From Podarcis erhardii (lineage: Eukaryota), in NCBI GenBank assembly GCA_964252035.1, contig OZ176203.1: DNA of 64,000 nt. One strand, written 5' to 3'. Under the pieces are notes generated by a model. The model was not told the origin of the DNA. It was given only the letters and a program-made list of their open reading frames with translations, and did no database searches. Made by a program: the position numbers and the translations under genes. Shown one piece after another: positions 23,867 through 36,422 of the stretch (positions within the stretch are counted from its first letter, which is position 1; each line of letters begins with the position of its first letter).

Positions 23867-24684
23867 TGTCAGGGAACTGCCATCGGCTCAGGGGCAAGAG
23901 GGGGAAAGGCGGATGGATTACAGAGAGCCCCCAAAGATCGTGGGAAGCAGCACTTCCTCAGCGGTGGAAGGAAGCCACGCCTCTAGTGGAGAAGAGCTGC
24001 AGGGCTCGGAGGATGCAAGGCAGTGCCAGGACACCTTGCCTGGGCAAAGCGGGGAGGAGGGAGGTCCCCCGTTACTCAAGCCTTCCTTGCGCAGTAGGCT
24101 TTCGCGCAGAGAGGGGAGGCGCAGACTGGGGGTCAAGAAACTACAGTGGTGCCTCGCAAGACGAAAAGAATCCATTCCGCGATTCTCTTCGTCTAGCAGT
24201 TTTTTTCGTCTTGCGAAGCAAGCCCATTGACAGCTTAGCGGATTAGCGCTATTAGCAGTCTAGCGGCTTTTAGCGATCAGCTGTGAAGCGGCTTATCAGC
24301 GGAACAGCTGATAAGCGGCTTAGCGCTTAGGGAAAGGGCGAAAAAAAAGCGAAAAAAACCCGCGGGAACTCGCAAGATTTTTTCGTCTTGCGAAGCAACC
24401 CCATAGGGAAATTCGTTTAGCGAAGCGCCTACAAAACGGAAAACCCTTTCGTCTAGCAGGTTTTCCGTCTTGCGAGGCGTTCGTCTTGCGGGGCACCACT
24501 GTACTCTGCTGGGGAAGATTTAAGGACCGCCCACTCTAAGATTCTGCCAGTGAATGAGCAAGACATGGAATAGAGGCGCTCTGCATTCTAAAGGTTTTTT
24601 CTAGCACTAATAAGAAAGCTTTAGAACAGACTAGTGAGGCATCTTGCCGGATTGCTCTCGAGCAACCACCTGATACCCTTAACA
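23867..24684 (+). mobile_element. Solo LTR (~460 bp net) carrying a nested MITE
   Basis: TGTCAGGG...CTTAACA termini, 5-bp TSD CTGAG/CAGAG; homologous to 36423-36990. Confidence 0.72.
24144..24501. mobile_element. MITE family B nested in the solo LTR
   Basis: TIR CAGTGGTGCC(T/C)CGCAAGACGAA, TA TSD; the empty site (gaaactactctgc) is visible in the second LTR copy. Confidence 0.85.
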
Positions 24685-25244
24685 CAGAGGTACCACTGTA
24701 CTCATGTATTTCTTCACCTATGCATGCAAACATTTTTTTAAAAGGCTATCTTGGAACAATGCCATAATGAACCTTTACCAAAAACAATTTTCTCTCCTCT
24801 CCTTCTCACCCACTCTACAGCAGCCACTACCCAAGGGAGGAGGCCGGCAGCGGCAGTCATGGAGAGACCATGGAGAGGCAACAGGATGTTCTGTTGCAGT
24901 CGCCACCGCCATGGCAGCTGCTCAGGACAAGCACTGGCTTTTCCTCCTTCCTGAGTTCAGCACTGGCGGTGCTGGGCGGGACGGGACGGGACTGGGACAT
25001 TCTGGGATCATATCAGAAGCCAGTTTGGCTTTTGTAATTCCGGGACTGTCCCTGGAAAATAGGGACATTTGAGGGTATGCCACACATGAGCGCTTGCATG
25101 AAAATTCTAAGAGTGAGCCCAAAGCACAGGAGAGCCGAGTACAAAAAGTTCATATACCAATTTATCTGCAGGATTTCTAAAATCTGCCTGCTCTTACTTG
25201 CTTACCGCCCCCCCACTCCATAGTCTCTGGTAATAAAGCAAATA

Positions 25245-25599
25245 AGGTAAAGGTAAAGGGACCCCTGACCATTAGGTCCAGTCGTGACTGACTCTGGGGT
25301 TGCGGCGCTCATCTCGCTTTATTGGCCGAGGGAGTCGGCTACAGCTTCCGGGGTCATGTGGCCAGCAGGACTAAGCCACTTCTGGTGAACCAGAGCAGTG
25401 CACGGAAACGCCGTTTACCTTCCTGCTGGAGTGGTACCTATTTATCTACTTGCACTTTGAGGTGCTTTTGAACTGCTAGGTTGGCAGGAGCAGGGACCGA
25501 GAAACGGGAGCTCACCCTGTGGCGGGGATTTGAACTGCCAACCTTCTGATCGGCAAGTCCTAGGCTCTGTGGTTTAACCCACAGCGCCACCCACGTCCC
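25245..25599 (-). mobile_element. Sauria SINE, full length
   Basis: Reverse-complement copy; TSD ATAAAGCAAAT at 25233-25243 and 25601-25611. Confidence 0.88.
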
Positions 25600-26359
25600 T
25601 ATAAAGCAAATGAGGCATCAGTTACCAGCATGCTGAAAAGTGTACATCGTTCTGCAGACAAACTGCTAATAGGTGGTAGAATGCGCCTGAAACAGGGCTG
25701 TAGCTCAGTATTTTAGATAGAGACGGTCGGAGGTGTAATTCCTGGTGTCTCCAGGTAGAACTCAGGAGACTGCTGCCAAAAATCTGCTGCTGCCATTCAG
25801 TGTCAACCATGCTAAGCTAGATAAGCCAATAGCCTAGCAGTCAACGGTTTCCAACCTTTTTGAGTCCACGGCTCCCCTGACCAAGTACATTCTTTCTGCG
25901 CCACCCCTGAGGGGCTCAGGGGCCCAGTTATGTCACCCCTTGCCTACAGGGCTGGCAGCCTCTCGCCTTTTTTCAAACACCCCCCCCCCTTTGTGGAGTG
26001 TTCCCTCAGCCTCCTCCCCTCTCCTTGGGAGTCCTCAGGGCGGCTTCTGCTGCAACAGCTGTGCAAACCTTTGGGAAGCAGAGATGTGAGAGGACATCAG
26101 AGGAGGGAGGGAAGGAAAGAGGGACAGAGGCCAGTGTTGTCTGAGGCACCCCTGGCCATCACTCAAGGCAGATTTCTAATGACAACTAGGGCATTTCGGG
26201 AAATGTCGTTTCACGATGCTGGGAAAACAGCAACTTATTTTACAGTAATTTACAACTGGGAGTGATTGTGTCAACCTCCCATTTCATACCACTGTTCTAT
26301 AGTGGAACTAGGGCTTTGAAAGAGTGGCTGGGGAAGTCCAGCCAGATGGGCGGGGTACA

Positions 26360-26378
26360 AATAATAATAATAATAATA

Positions 26379-26423
<45 letters not shown>
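26360..26423. repeat. (AAT)n(ATT)n microsatellite at an L2 tail
   Basis: Directly visible; adjoins an L2 3' UTR remnant (26310-26358). Confidence 0.9.
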
Positions 26424-26425
<2 letters not shown>

Positions 26426-26595
26426 AAAAGGATTGTCTTCTTTCTCTGCTGGAAAATTCCCCAGAATACACAGGACCACATCAGGTTCCATCCATCTCTG
26501 AGGGTGGGACATCTGAATGCCATTAATAATTCTCCCTCATTTTCTCTCAACCAACGCTGTGCAGCCCATGGCATTCTCTTTCCTTCTTTCATATA

Positions 26596-26839
26596 CAGTC
26601 ATACCTCGGGTTACAGACACTTCAGCTTGTGTTTTTTTGGATTTCGGACTGCCAAAACCCAGAAGTACCGGAACGGGTTACTTCCGGGTTTCAGCGGTCA
26701 CACATGCACAGAACCGCTAACTCGCTCTTTGCGCATGCACAGAAGCACTGAATCGCAACACGCACATGCACAGATGCGCCGCTGCGGGTTGAGAACATGC
26801 ATCCCGCACGGATCACGTTCACAACCCGAGTGTCCACTG
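26596..26839. mobile_element. MITE family C
   Basis: TIR CAGTCATACCTCGGGTT / CAGTGGACACTCGGGTT, TA TSD. Confidence 0.75.
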
Positions 26840-26864
26840 TATATGTGCCATGCATTTCACTGTA

Positions 26865-27090
26865 CAGTGGTACCTCGGGTTACATACGCTTCAGGTTACA
26901 GACTCCGCTAACTGAGAAATAGTACCTTGGGTTAAGAACTTTGCTTCAGGATGAGAACAGAAATCGTGCTCCGGTGGCGTGGCGGCAGCAGGAAGCCCCA
27001 TTAGCTAAAGTGGTGCTTCAGGTTAAGAACAGTTTCAGGTTAAGAACGGACCTCGGGAACAAATTAAGTATTTAACCCGAGGTACCACTG
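26865..27090. mobile_element. MITE family A (reverse orientation)
   Basis: TIR CAGTGGTACCTCGGGTTA, TA TSD. Confidence 0.85.
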
Positions 27091-30000
27091 TATTGTATTA
27101 GGTCAACTGACAGCAAATCTACATGAGGAGTTTAATGTTGCTATTATGTGATGAAATACAGTCCTCCATCCTGTTAGTTACAGTTTTCATAGTAATCACC
27201 AGTAGGAGAATTAGTTATCATTAGGATTTACTAGGAATGAAAGGGAAGTGCGAAAAACCTAACCTCTGCATTCAACAACGTGCTTTTGATTTTGAAAAGA
27301 AGGGTTACAAATGACATGCGCAGGGGGATTTCCACAGGAGCACAGAGTTAAAGCATAATGATTTATCAGAAACTCCCTGCCCTATAAAAATAAACAAAAT
27401 GTATGCTTATAATATACAGCCATTACAACAATAAATGTGAACATGTTTATTTCTTTACAGTACTTCAGCCATATGAATGCTTTATGTTTATGCCATGATT
27501 TAATTTAATTTAATTTAAATTTAATTTAAGGGTAGGAAAGCAGAAAAACCACACTCTAGCAGACAGGAGGAAATATTTGGTCAGCTGACATATATAACAA
27601 GAACGAAACGTGCCTTGTTTATGCACCTATAGATTATTCACAATATTTTTTATTGGAGAAAATCTATATAACCAATCAGGGAACTAGTTGCATTATTTCA
27701 TTTCCTGACTGTAAATGAGGGCTTCTATTTTAGTAAACGGAAGTTATTACAGAGACAAGAGCTCCAAATCTTTTGCAGATCAGAGAGTACAAAGAAGGCA
27801 TCTCTAAAAGAACAGCAAAGTGCAACCAGGTAGGAAATGTGATTAATTGTCCATCTCCGTTTGTGCTACCAACCATTTTAAAATATCTACATATACAAAT
27901 ATACAGGTTCTAAAGCAGCCAAATAAAATTGAATGCCACCACTGTTTAAAGTTTTTAACACTAATACTTCAGTATTGTAATGTAAGTGATTTTTAACTTT
28001 CTGAACTACATGCAATTTTTCAAAATCCCTGCAGTTTTTTTATCAAATAACTAGAATGAAAGACTGACAACATAAAGACCATCTCTATAACAGAGGGAGA
28101 ACTGTTCCCACATTTCTGAAATAATGAATATGCTATACATACAATATCCTCAGTTAATTTAAATTCAGAGGTATTGAGAAATACAAAGAGTTGCTGAAAA
28201 AGTGAGTTTTTCCTGTAGAATTAAACAAACGAAAGGATAGACCAAAGCAAACTCAGGATATATATATATATATGCCATATTTATGATCCAAAGACTTACT
28301 TTAGGCACACCTAAGGCACTGCACACACTCTGTCGGGTTTCTACTTTCTTATCGTTGGACAGATTTCCATGTAATGCTGCAATCTGCCTTTGAAAGTCAA
28401 CTCAGCTCCAAACATTACCAGCCACATTTCACAGGGGCAATCTACTTTTAAAAAAAGATAAGCCTCGCACCCTCTGTTGCAAGGTTCTTTAGATCCAAAC
28501 CCATGTTGTGTTGTGTTATGTTGTATTATAACAGAATTGTTACTAAAAGTACTTATACCAGCCTAATTTTAAACTGCTAAACATTAATGTTGTGACCATT
28601 TTCACATTATCTTTAAGGTTAGGTTTATAAATAAGCAAATTAAAATAAGCTGCTGGGAAAGAGGTTTTTTGATGCACCTGATTATTCAGTTACAGCAGCT
28701 AAATGTTTTTACCACCAAACATAGCAAATGTTTCCAAATTCTGAGGTCCTCTATGCCCAAAATACAATTCTAAATGTGCAGCCCTTCTGGTTTTGTTTTT
28801 TTTTAAAGTCACTTTCCTGGTAGCCCTCGTAAACAAGATCTGCCTGATGAGAAATCCATTTTTATGTTGTCGTTCAGTCAACCAGTGTGCCACAAAATTC
28901 CCCGTGTATCTCTGATCAAGTAGATCACTAAAAATATTAAATTTGCCCAACAGCTGCCCTTTCCAGACTTCTTCCTTACATTTTCTCGACTTCACGCACC
29001 AAAATGGTGACAAATGGACCAGCCAAGAATAAACCTTGGCTACAGTTCTGTTGGTGAACCACAAACTTGGGTTTGGATGATACTCAAAGCCAAACCTCAG
29101 CTTGGCTCAGTGTGAGATGGGAACAAAAGGAACCAAGGAAGAGCAAAGCAGCTGGGAGCACTTTTCTGGGAGCCCACACATTCACACGGCCCAGTAAACC
29201 ATGGTTTGGCTTACTGTGCGTTGCGAATCTGGCCAGACTGTGCTATATGATCTATCTAAAATTCCAGAGGTATGGTACACATACAAAGGTAAAGTACTGA
29301 GAGATCAGCAGTAGTTCATGGCTGGCAAAGTCTTCTCTAACTAAAGTGAACAGGTTTAGCCATAGTTCAGTGGCAGAGCACATCCTCTGGGTGCCAAATT
29401 CCTTCAGCGTTCCAGGTTCAATTCCTGACATCTCCAGGTAGGGCTGGGAGACACTCCTCTCTGAATCCCTAGAGAGCCATTGCCACTTGGTATAGATGCT
29501 ACTGAGCATGATGTGCCAATGGTCTGACTCCCATGCATAGGGAACCTGTGGCTCTCTAGATTTTAATGGGCAACCAATGGTCAGGGATGGAAACTGTAGT
29601 CCAACAATGCCTTGAGGGCCACAGTTTAGCCACCCCTTCGTTAAATTTAAGTTTTATACTGAAAAACAAGGATGTGGTCTCCTCCAACATGAAAGCAATG
29701 TTTCTGAGGTTGGAAGCCAGTGTTGCTTTCTAACTACATCTGGGCTAAGCAATCAGCTCTGAGCATGTACTTGTAACATGTTGTGGTAACAAATATATTC
29801 CAAATTTCATCGAAGCAAACTAGGTTTTTTTTAGTTAGGCATGTTTTTTCTTTCATTTCTAACACAGTATTTAAGCCTTTCTTCCTATTCATATAAATAA
29901 CTAGATGTCGAAATCTTTTATCATTTCCCAGCTTGCTTTTCTCACAAATTTACAACAACATCGTGAAAATGTTCATTCAGAAGTTCATCGGTGTTCAATA

Positions 30001-32689
30001 GGGCTCATTTCAAGCTAAGCGCATAGAAGACTCCAACCCTAAATTACCAAAACCACTTCTGTTGTTTAGTCTACACTAAGGCTCATAGGCTAAAGGGAAC
30101 TAGAAAGCCTTAACACACAGCTGCAAACTTTAGTTTGCTTTCATTTCCAAGGTTCTATTGATCTAGAAAACCTAAATAATCCAGTGGACAATGGCAAGAT
30201 AAATTGGTTATCACGTGTCCTAGTCTACACATGCCACCGATTACAGATGCACAAGAGGAACATGTGTTTGGGTCTTTAACCAAGGATTTTGGTGTATTTG
30301 GGTTAACTAGGTCTCTTGGTGATGGGTCTTAGGGATGAAATATTAGTCATATAAGGGGGAAAGGGGCTGTGGATCAAGAGGTTCTCTGGAACTTGGGGAA
30401 AACAATGCCCTTCAAGGGCCCTTGAGCCTTGCATGTTATGAGGCTTTTGGGGTGAAGACTTAGGGGAGGAACACGAGGCTGTGGATTCTCTTGGAACCCT
30501 GACTAAAATAAAGTACAAATTATAAAGATGGAGGTGGGAGGAGCAGAACCTGACTATATTCCTGAAGAACCAAGCACAGTTCTTCCATCTGGATCCCCTC
30601 TTAAGGGTTTGGTCATATGAAAGAGGGATTTTCCTAGACTGAAGAATGGGAAGGGTATCTAAAGCAGTCATGAGTAGGTAGTCTGTGGGGTGCAGTATTA
30701 TGTTAGCATAAATTGGGTGATGGTCTCTAACCTTGATGGGTACTGATGTGTTTACCAGTTCCTGGCATAATGCTTCATGCATGGTGCTTTTCCTAGGCAG
30801 GCCTCTAAAACCAATCAAGAGGTGTTCTGTAATGGTTTGATCGCTGTAGGAACCAGGCTGGGAGGAAGACACTTGCATATTCCGGAGGTCTCACACACTT
30901 CTTTGCATAACAAGTGAGAGTCATTCCCGTTGCTAAAGAATGATTTTATCCTGGTTCTCTTAGCCAAAGCTAAGTTTAGTTTCTCAAACAAAAATTGAGA
31001 TTTCTAAATTCATAGTGCGAATGAACATTCAAAATGGTAGTGGGACCTCAGTAACAAATTTGGATCTAGAATCCATGTTAGATATGATGTGTTAACGCCG
31101 ATTAGCTATTTTCTTTGCTTTCTGATCTAAGTTGAAGATCCCATCCAAACTGTACTAAACAAAGAATACAGCAGCTTCTTGACAGTATTATGTGGGCTCC
31201 ATGTCAGCTACTCGTGGTGGCTTAAGCCAAAGGCACTGCAACAGCCTCATGTATGTGATGCTAAGCTAGCTGACTGGTGGTCTAAATTCCATTATAGCAG
31301 GTTTGTAAATAATCAATTGCTCATTCACCTGTGATGAGTAAGAATCTCCTCCAGCGTACTAGGCAGGAAGCTTAACAAAATGTCACCTTTTAAAGGGTAG
31401 CACAAGTTACTTTCATAGGTGGGGGAGGGTAGGAACGTTAGTAAAAGCCGAGTAGGTTGGTAACTTACAGACGTATTTGTAAGACTGCACTGTAGCAAGC
31501 TACTACAAAATATCTAGTTGTTAGGACTGCATTGCCATAACTAACTTTGTGGTAGCTAAAGGCTCCTTAAGAGACTAGGCTGCATCATGCAGTTATGTCC
31601 CCAACCCATCTTATCTCTCTGTCCTATGTAATGCTTTTGCATACAGCTGTTGTGCTTCGTCTGGACTTTCTGGAACCACAGATTTCAATGCTAAAAATGA
31701 TCAGTTACTGCAGTAGTAGCAAAGACTGCAATCTTTGCGAGAAATGAGCAAGTGTCAAAACCAGTGGCACCCGCCACTTGTGCACATGAAAAAACATACA
31801 CAGCAGAGGCAGCTCAAAAGCACAGCTGCTCAGAAGACGAAGCGAGACCAAAGGTTTTCTCATCCAGCCACAAAAACAGGGAGGGTGTGGGGAGCTGCAA
31901 AGCAACAGGCGCTGGCAGCCCACCCAAGAGACAGAAAGAAAGTAAAAAGACTCTCTTTTACCATGTTCAGAACTTCCTCTTTCAAATTATCTGCTGCCAA
32001 AAGACTGCAGAGTTTTTTCAGTCTACTTCCCTCTACTTTCACCACATCTTCTTATTTCAGATATGAGCATACAGGAGGAGGAGAGAGATGTTTGACATGA
32101 GTAACGATGCATAAATACGTGGTTCGGACTCTGCCATTACAGCAAATAAAATGAGTTTGCATTAACTCATTGCATAGGAGAAAATCCACTGAATATCCAG
32201 GAAATATTTTTGTCTGTTGATAATTCTGCAATATTAGTAAATACCAAACAATTGCACAACCTACTCTTTATGGCAACAACAACACAGTCAATAATTTGTG
32301 AAATGCTCAGCATTTCTCTGTAATGAGGGTGGGGGATCATGGACTATTGGCGAACCCTTAGCCAGTTTCTAGTGAACCACCTGTTGGTGCCTATTATTCT
32401 GCAAATAACAATAGTAGTAGTAGTAGTAGTAGTAATAATAATAATAATAATAATAATGCTGCTAAACCAGGCCAGCCCTGGTCTGATTCAAGTCAATGCA
32501 TTCTTAAGTTCTTAATCAAGAAAGAATGCTTAGACTCACCACAGGACCCACTATGTCAGAGCCAGTACAGAAACCATGAAAATGCATTCCTGCTTTGTAG
32601 ATTCCGGCTTGCACTGGGAGATTCTAGTAAGATTCAAGCAGAGTCTACAAAACTGAAGTTAGTCCACCCTTCCTCTAGTCCCCTTCCTC

Positions 32690-33013
32690 AGCAAAATTTA
32701 TCAGCAGGGGGCCAGTCCACTGTCCCTCAGACCTTGTGGGGGGCCGGACTGTATTTTTTTTGGGGGGGGAGAGGGGGAAATGAACAAATTCCTATGCCCC
32801 ACAAATAACCCGGAGATGCATTTTAAATAAAAGCACACATTCTACTCATGTAAAAACACCAGGCAGACCCCACAAATAACCCAGAGATGCATTTTAAATA
32901 AAAGGACACATTCTATTCATGTAAAAACACGCTGATTATCAGACCATCCACAGGCCAGATTTAGAAGGCAACTGGGCCGAATCTGGACCCCAGGCCTTGG
33001 TTTGCCTACCCAT
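32690..33013. mobile_element. hAT/Charlie-like non-autonomous element with internal ~60-bp duplication
   Basis: End gccttggtttgcctacccatg; duplicated cccacaaataaccc.gagatgcattttaaataaaag.acacattcta.tcatgtaaaaacac; left end eroded. Confidence 0.55.
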
Positions 33014-34047
33014 GCTCTACAATATAGTTATTATAAAGTTGCTTCTCTAAAAGCTTGTTTGTGGTTTTTTTCTAAACAATATTCACTGGCATGATTTGCA
33101 CATCACTTTAAACCATAGTTTAAACTATGGTTTAAATGTGGACACACAGCTGATGCACATGCAGATGCTTCACTCCTCTCCCACTCCTGCTGCACTACCA
33201 GGAATGAAGCCATGATCTGCCTTATTCAGCATGTTCTGGTCTCACTGATCTCTAGGTAAAAGCCAAACCCCGAAGAAAATTATGTGTATACATAAAATGC
33301 GCAAAAGGATGGCTAGATAAATAATTGTTCTCCACTGGGCTCCCTTGTAGAGGCTCAACATAGTACGTTCATGTTTATTTTTTTCAAAGATATATATATT
33401 TAGTTCTCTAAATCACCTTTATAACTATAAAAAAATGAGCTACCTTCTGATATAAAATTATGTGCTAATTCTTCAGGCTAACAATCATGACTTTCTGCAC
33501 AAACCTTGCACAGATCACGGAGGGGAGAAAATGACATTTTAATTTTTTAAAATAAAAGCAGTTAACCTAGAGTTGCTGAAAGGAGGTAGAAACTTACTAC
33601 AGACCATGTTTCTTCTCTCAAACTTTCTACATTTCAGGGGGATGGACTTGATGACCCTCGGGATCCCTTCCAACCCTACAATTCTATGAAGAACTACTTT
33701 GCTGTGGCTGATTTCTCTGCCCCGCTCCACCCACCTGCCCATTTTGCATTAGCATCAGCATTTTACAGAACTTCAGGGGGTCATTTGTAACTTATAAGGA
33801 TCTCACGGGTCTATAAACTAAGCTAGCACATCAGAGGTTATGTTCAGCCAAAGTTTAACATGCAGCGTTTTAAGAGAAACCACTTTCTCCCCAGTGAAAT
33901 GCAAGCATGGGATTGTCCGGTTCCAAATGCATCTTCCCCACTGCAAACTGACCTGACTGATTGTGCGACTTAATTTATCATTGATCCATTTTGTTTTTAG
34001 GTATCATGTTGTAAGTTGTGAATAACTACAATCAAAATCTAATTGCA

Positions 34048-35010
34048 ATGTCTGGAAGCGACCATCCTGAAGAGTACAGAATTTCATCGCTTGTCTTCTA
34101 CAGCTTTATTTTCACAATTGGCTTATTTGTTAATGTCACGGCTCTCTGGGTCTTCAGCTGTACCACCAAGAAGAGAACAACGATAACTATATACATGATG
34201 AACGTTGCGTTGCTTGACTTGCTTTTTATATTTTCATTGCCTTTTCGGATGCTTTACTATGGCAAACGGTCTTGGATCTTTGGAGATGTCTTCTGCCAGG
34301 TTCTTAGTGCGTTTACAATTTTTTACCCCAGCATCGCTCTATGGCTGCTAGCTTTTATAAGCGTGGATAGATATCTGGCTGTTGTGCAGCCCAAACATGC
34401 TAAGGGACTCAAGAACACAACCAAAGCTCTGACAGCCTGCATAGGCCTTTGGATAACGACTCTAGCAACATCTTCTCCACTGTTGTTCTTAGATTCTGAT
34501 CCAGACAGAACGTCAAACTTCACCACTTGCATTAAGATGATGGATATTATCTACCTAAAGGAAGTCAATGTATTAAATTTTTCTCGACTGATTCTTTTCT
34601 TCTTGATCCCTCTGTTTATCATGATTGGTTGTTACCTAGTCATCATTCACAGTCTCGTTCGTGGAAGAACTTCCAAGCTGAAACCAAAGGCTAAAGAGAG
34701 GTCCATCAGAATTATTGTGACACTGATTGTCCAAGTGCTTGTGTGTTTTGTGCCTTTTCACATCTGTTTTGCATTTCTGATGCTCCAGCATGGACCTGTA
34801 AGTTACAGCCCATGGGGAGCGTTTACCACCTTTCTCATGAATCTCAGCACATGTCTAGACGTAATTTTGTACTATCTTGTTTCTAAACAATTTCAGGCCC
34901 GAGTGATCAGTGTCATGCTTTATCGTAATTATCTTCGAAGCGTACGAAGGAAAAGTATACGATCTGGAAGCATGAGGTCATTAAGTAATATCAACAGTGA
35001 GATGATATAA
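34048..35010 (+). CDS. GPR18: G protein-coupled receptor 18 (N-arachidonyl glycine/resolvin D2 receptor), single coding exon, 320 aa from first ATG (330 aa from GTG 34018)
   Basis: HPEEYRISSLVFYSFIFTIGLFVNVTALWVFSCTTKKRTT, SVDRYLAVVQPK, CFVPFHICFAFLML, LSTCLDVILYY and C-terminal RSLSNINSEMI match human GPR18. Acceptor ttttgtttttAG ends at 34000. Start codon ambiguous (see findings). Confidence 0.96.
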   Translation: MSGSDHPEEYRISSLVFYSFIFTIGLFVNVTALWVFSCTTKKRTTITIYMMNVALLDLLFIFSLPFRMLYYGKRSWIFGDVFCQVLSAFTIFYPSIALWLLAFISVDRYLAVVQPKHAKGLKNTTKALTACIGLWITTLATSSPLLFLDSDPDRTSNFTTCIKMMDIIYLKEVNVLNFSRLILFFLIPLFIMIGCYLVIIHSLVRGRTSKLKPKAKERSIRIIVTLIVQVLVCFVPFHICFAFLMLQHGPVSYSPWGAFTTFLMNLSTCLDVILYYLVSKQFQARVISVMLYRNYLRSVRRKSIRSGSMRSLSNINSEMI

Positions 35011-35559
35011 AAAACTTTCAATAAATGCTTGAATAGTATTCAACAGAGCACAAGACAATATAGCAAAACTTAAGAACAAATGGAAAATTTCAAAGAAGAA
35101 AGAAATAGCTATTATTCCTCTCTCAAATGGTTTCCACTCTGAACAAAGAGGTTAGCCTATTTTGACATGCATTGAGACTCCTGCTTATTTAATAAATTCA
35201 ATTGTATACCTGTTTCCTTATAACTTGGTTGAAAACTGTATTATTTCAGTGTTTATAGGATTGCCACACACATGCAAGAGGGTGGAGGTATGGAAAGGGG
35301 GAAACTGTAGAATTCCTTATTTTGAAATAAAAGCCTATAGAATTCTGTATTTCGAAATCAAGTTTTCACCTGCAATAAACATTTACGTAATAACAACTGA
35401 TACTGCCTAATCTGTTATTTGCGCCTGCTAGAATAAGAGCAAGATGCAAATACTTCCACACAAGCAAACAAGCATGGAAGCCAACACTGTGCCCCTGGCT
35501 GTAACAAAGTTTGTAATGCTGAAGGCTTAATTCTTGCAATGCATTGAGAAGAACCTTAA

Positions 35560-35965
35560 ACAGCTCAGGACCACAACACTTCAAGGTCCACCTCTCCCCA
35601 TATGAATCAACTTGGAACTGCGATCAATATCTGAGGCCCTTCTGTGTGCGCCTCCTTCATAGGTCCAGAGGGTGGTAACATGAGAAAGAGCCTTTTCTGC
35701 AATGGCTCCCCATTTGTGGAATGCTCTCCCCAGGGAGGCTCGCCTGGTGCCTTCATTATACACCTTTAGGTTCCTGGTGAAAACATTCCTCTCCAACCAC
35801 GCCTTTGGCTGATTCACATTCTATGTCTTTTTAAATGTGTTTGTTTAAATTGTTTTGGTTTTGTTTTCACTGTGTATTTTGTGTTTTATTTTGTATTTGC
35901 ATGCTGTGAACTGCCCTGAGATCTTCGGATGAAGGGCGGTATACAAATTTATTTAACAACAACAA
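35560..35965 (-). mobile_element. Older L2-clade 3' fragment
   Basis: Reverse complement matches the 3' part of the 21630-22640 element (ttctcatgt..ccc..tggaatgctctcccc, gccgcccttcatccg tail). Confidence 0.62.
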
Positions 35966-36422
35966 CCTTGGACAAAAAGCATTTTGTTTCTGCAGTGGTT
36001 CTGATATGGACACTGACTACAGCAGCTGCCTCTCCTGCAAAAGGAAGGTAAACAAAGGGGAAATCGATGCAGCACAAGGAATAGTAAGGAGGCAGAGCTG
36101 GGGAAAGGGTATAGAAGAGACAGGGTGGAACCCTCCCAAACGAAAACGAAAACAGTCCAGCCTGTCAAATTGAAGGGCCTTTTGCTAATTATAAAAATAA
36201 CATGATAGTATCTGAATTTAAAATACTAATCTTTACGGTAAACCTGAAAGGAACTTTTAACTACCATAACAAAAGTAACATGATAGTATCTGAATTTAAA
36301 ATACAAATCTTTATGGTAAACCTGAAAGGAACTTTTAAGTACAGTGGTACCTCAGGTTAAGTACTTAATTCGTTCCGGAGGTCCGTTCTTAACCTCAAAC
36401 TGTTCTTAACCTGAAGCACCCC

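Larger units (their letters stand above)
23650..24698. mobile_element. MITE family A interrupted by a solo LTR
   Basis: Left part 23650-23866, right TIR end 24690-24698, TA TSD. Confidence 0.85.

Noticed and set aside
30303-30878. 191-aa minus-strand ORF
   Set aside because: No recognisable domain or homology; composition like non-coding DNA.
31705-32100. Overlapping 60-120 aa ORFs, possible GPR18 5' exon
   Set aside because: No protein similarity; a PU.1-like site and donor-like GTAACG exist but are too weak to call an exon.
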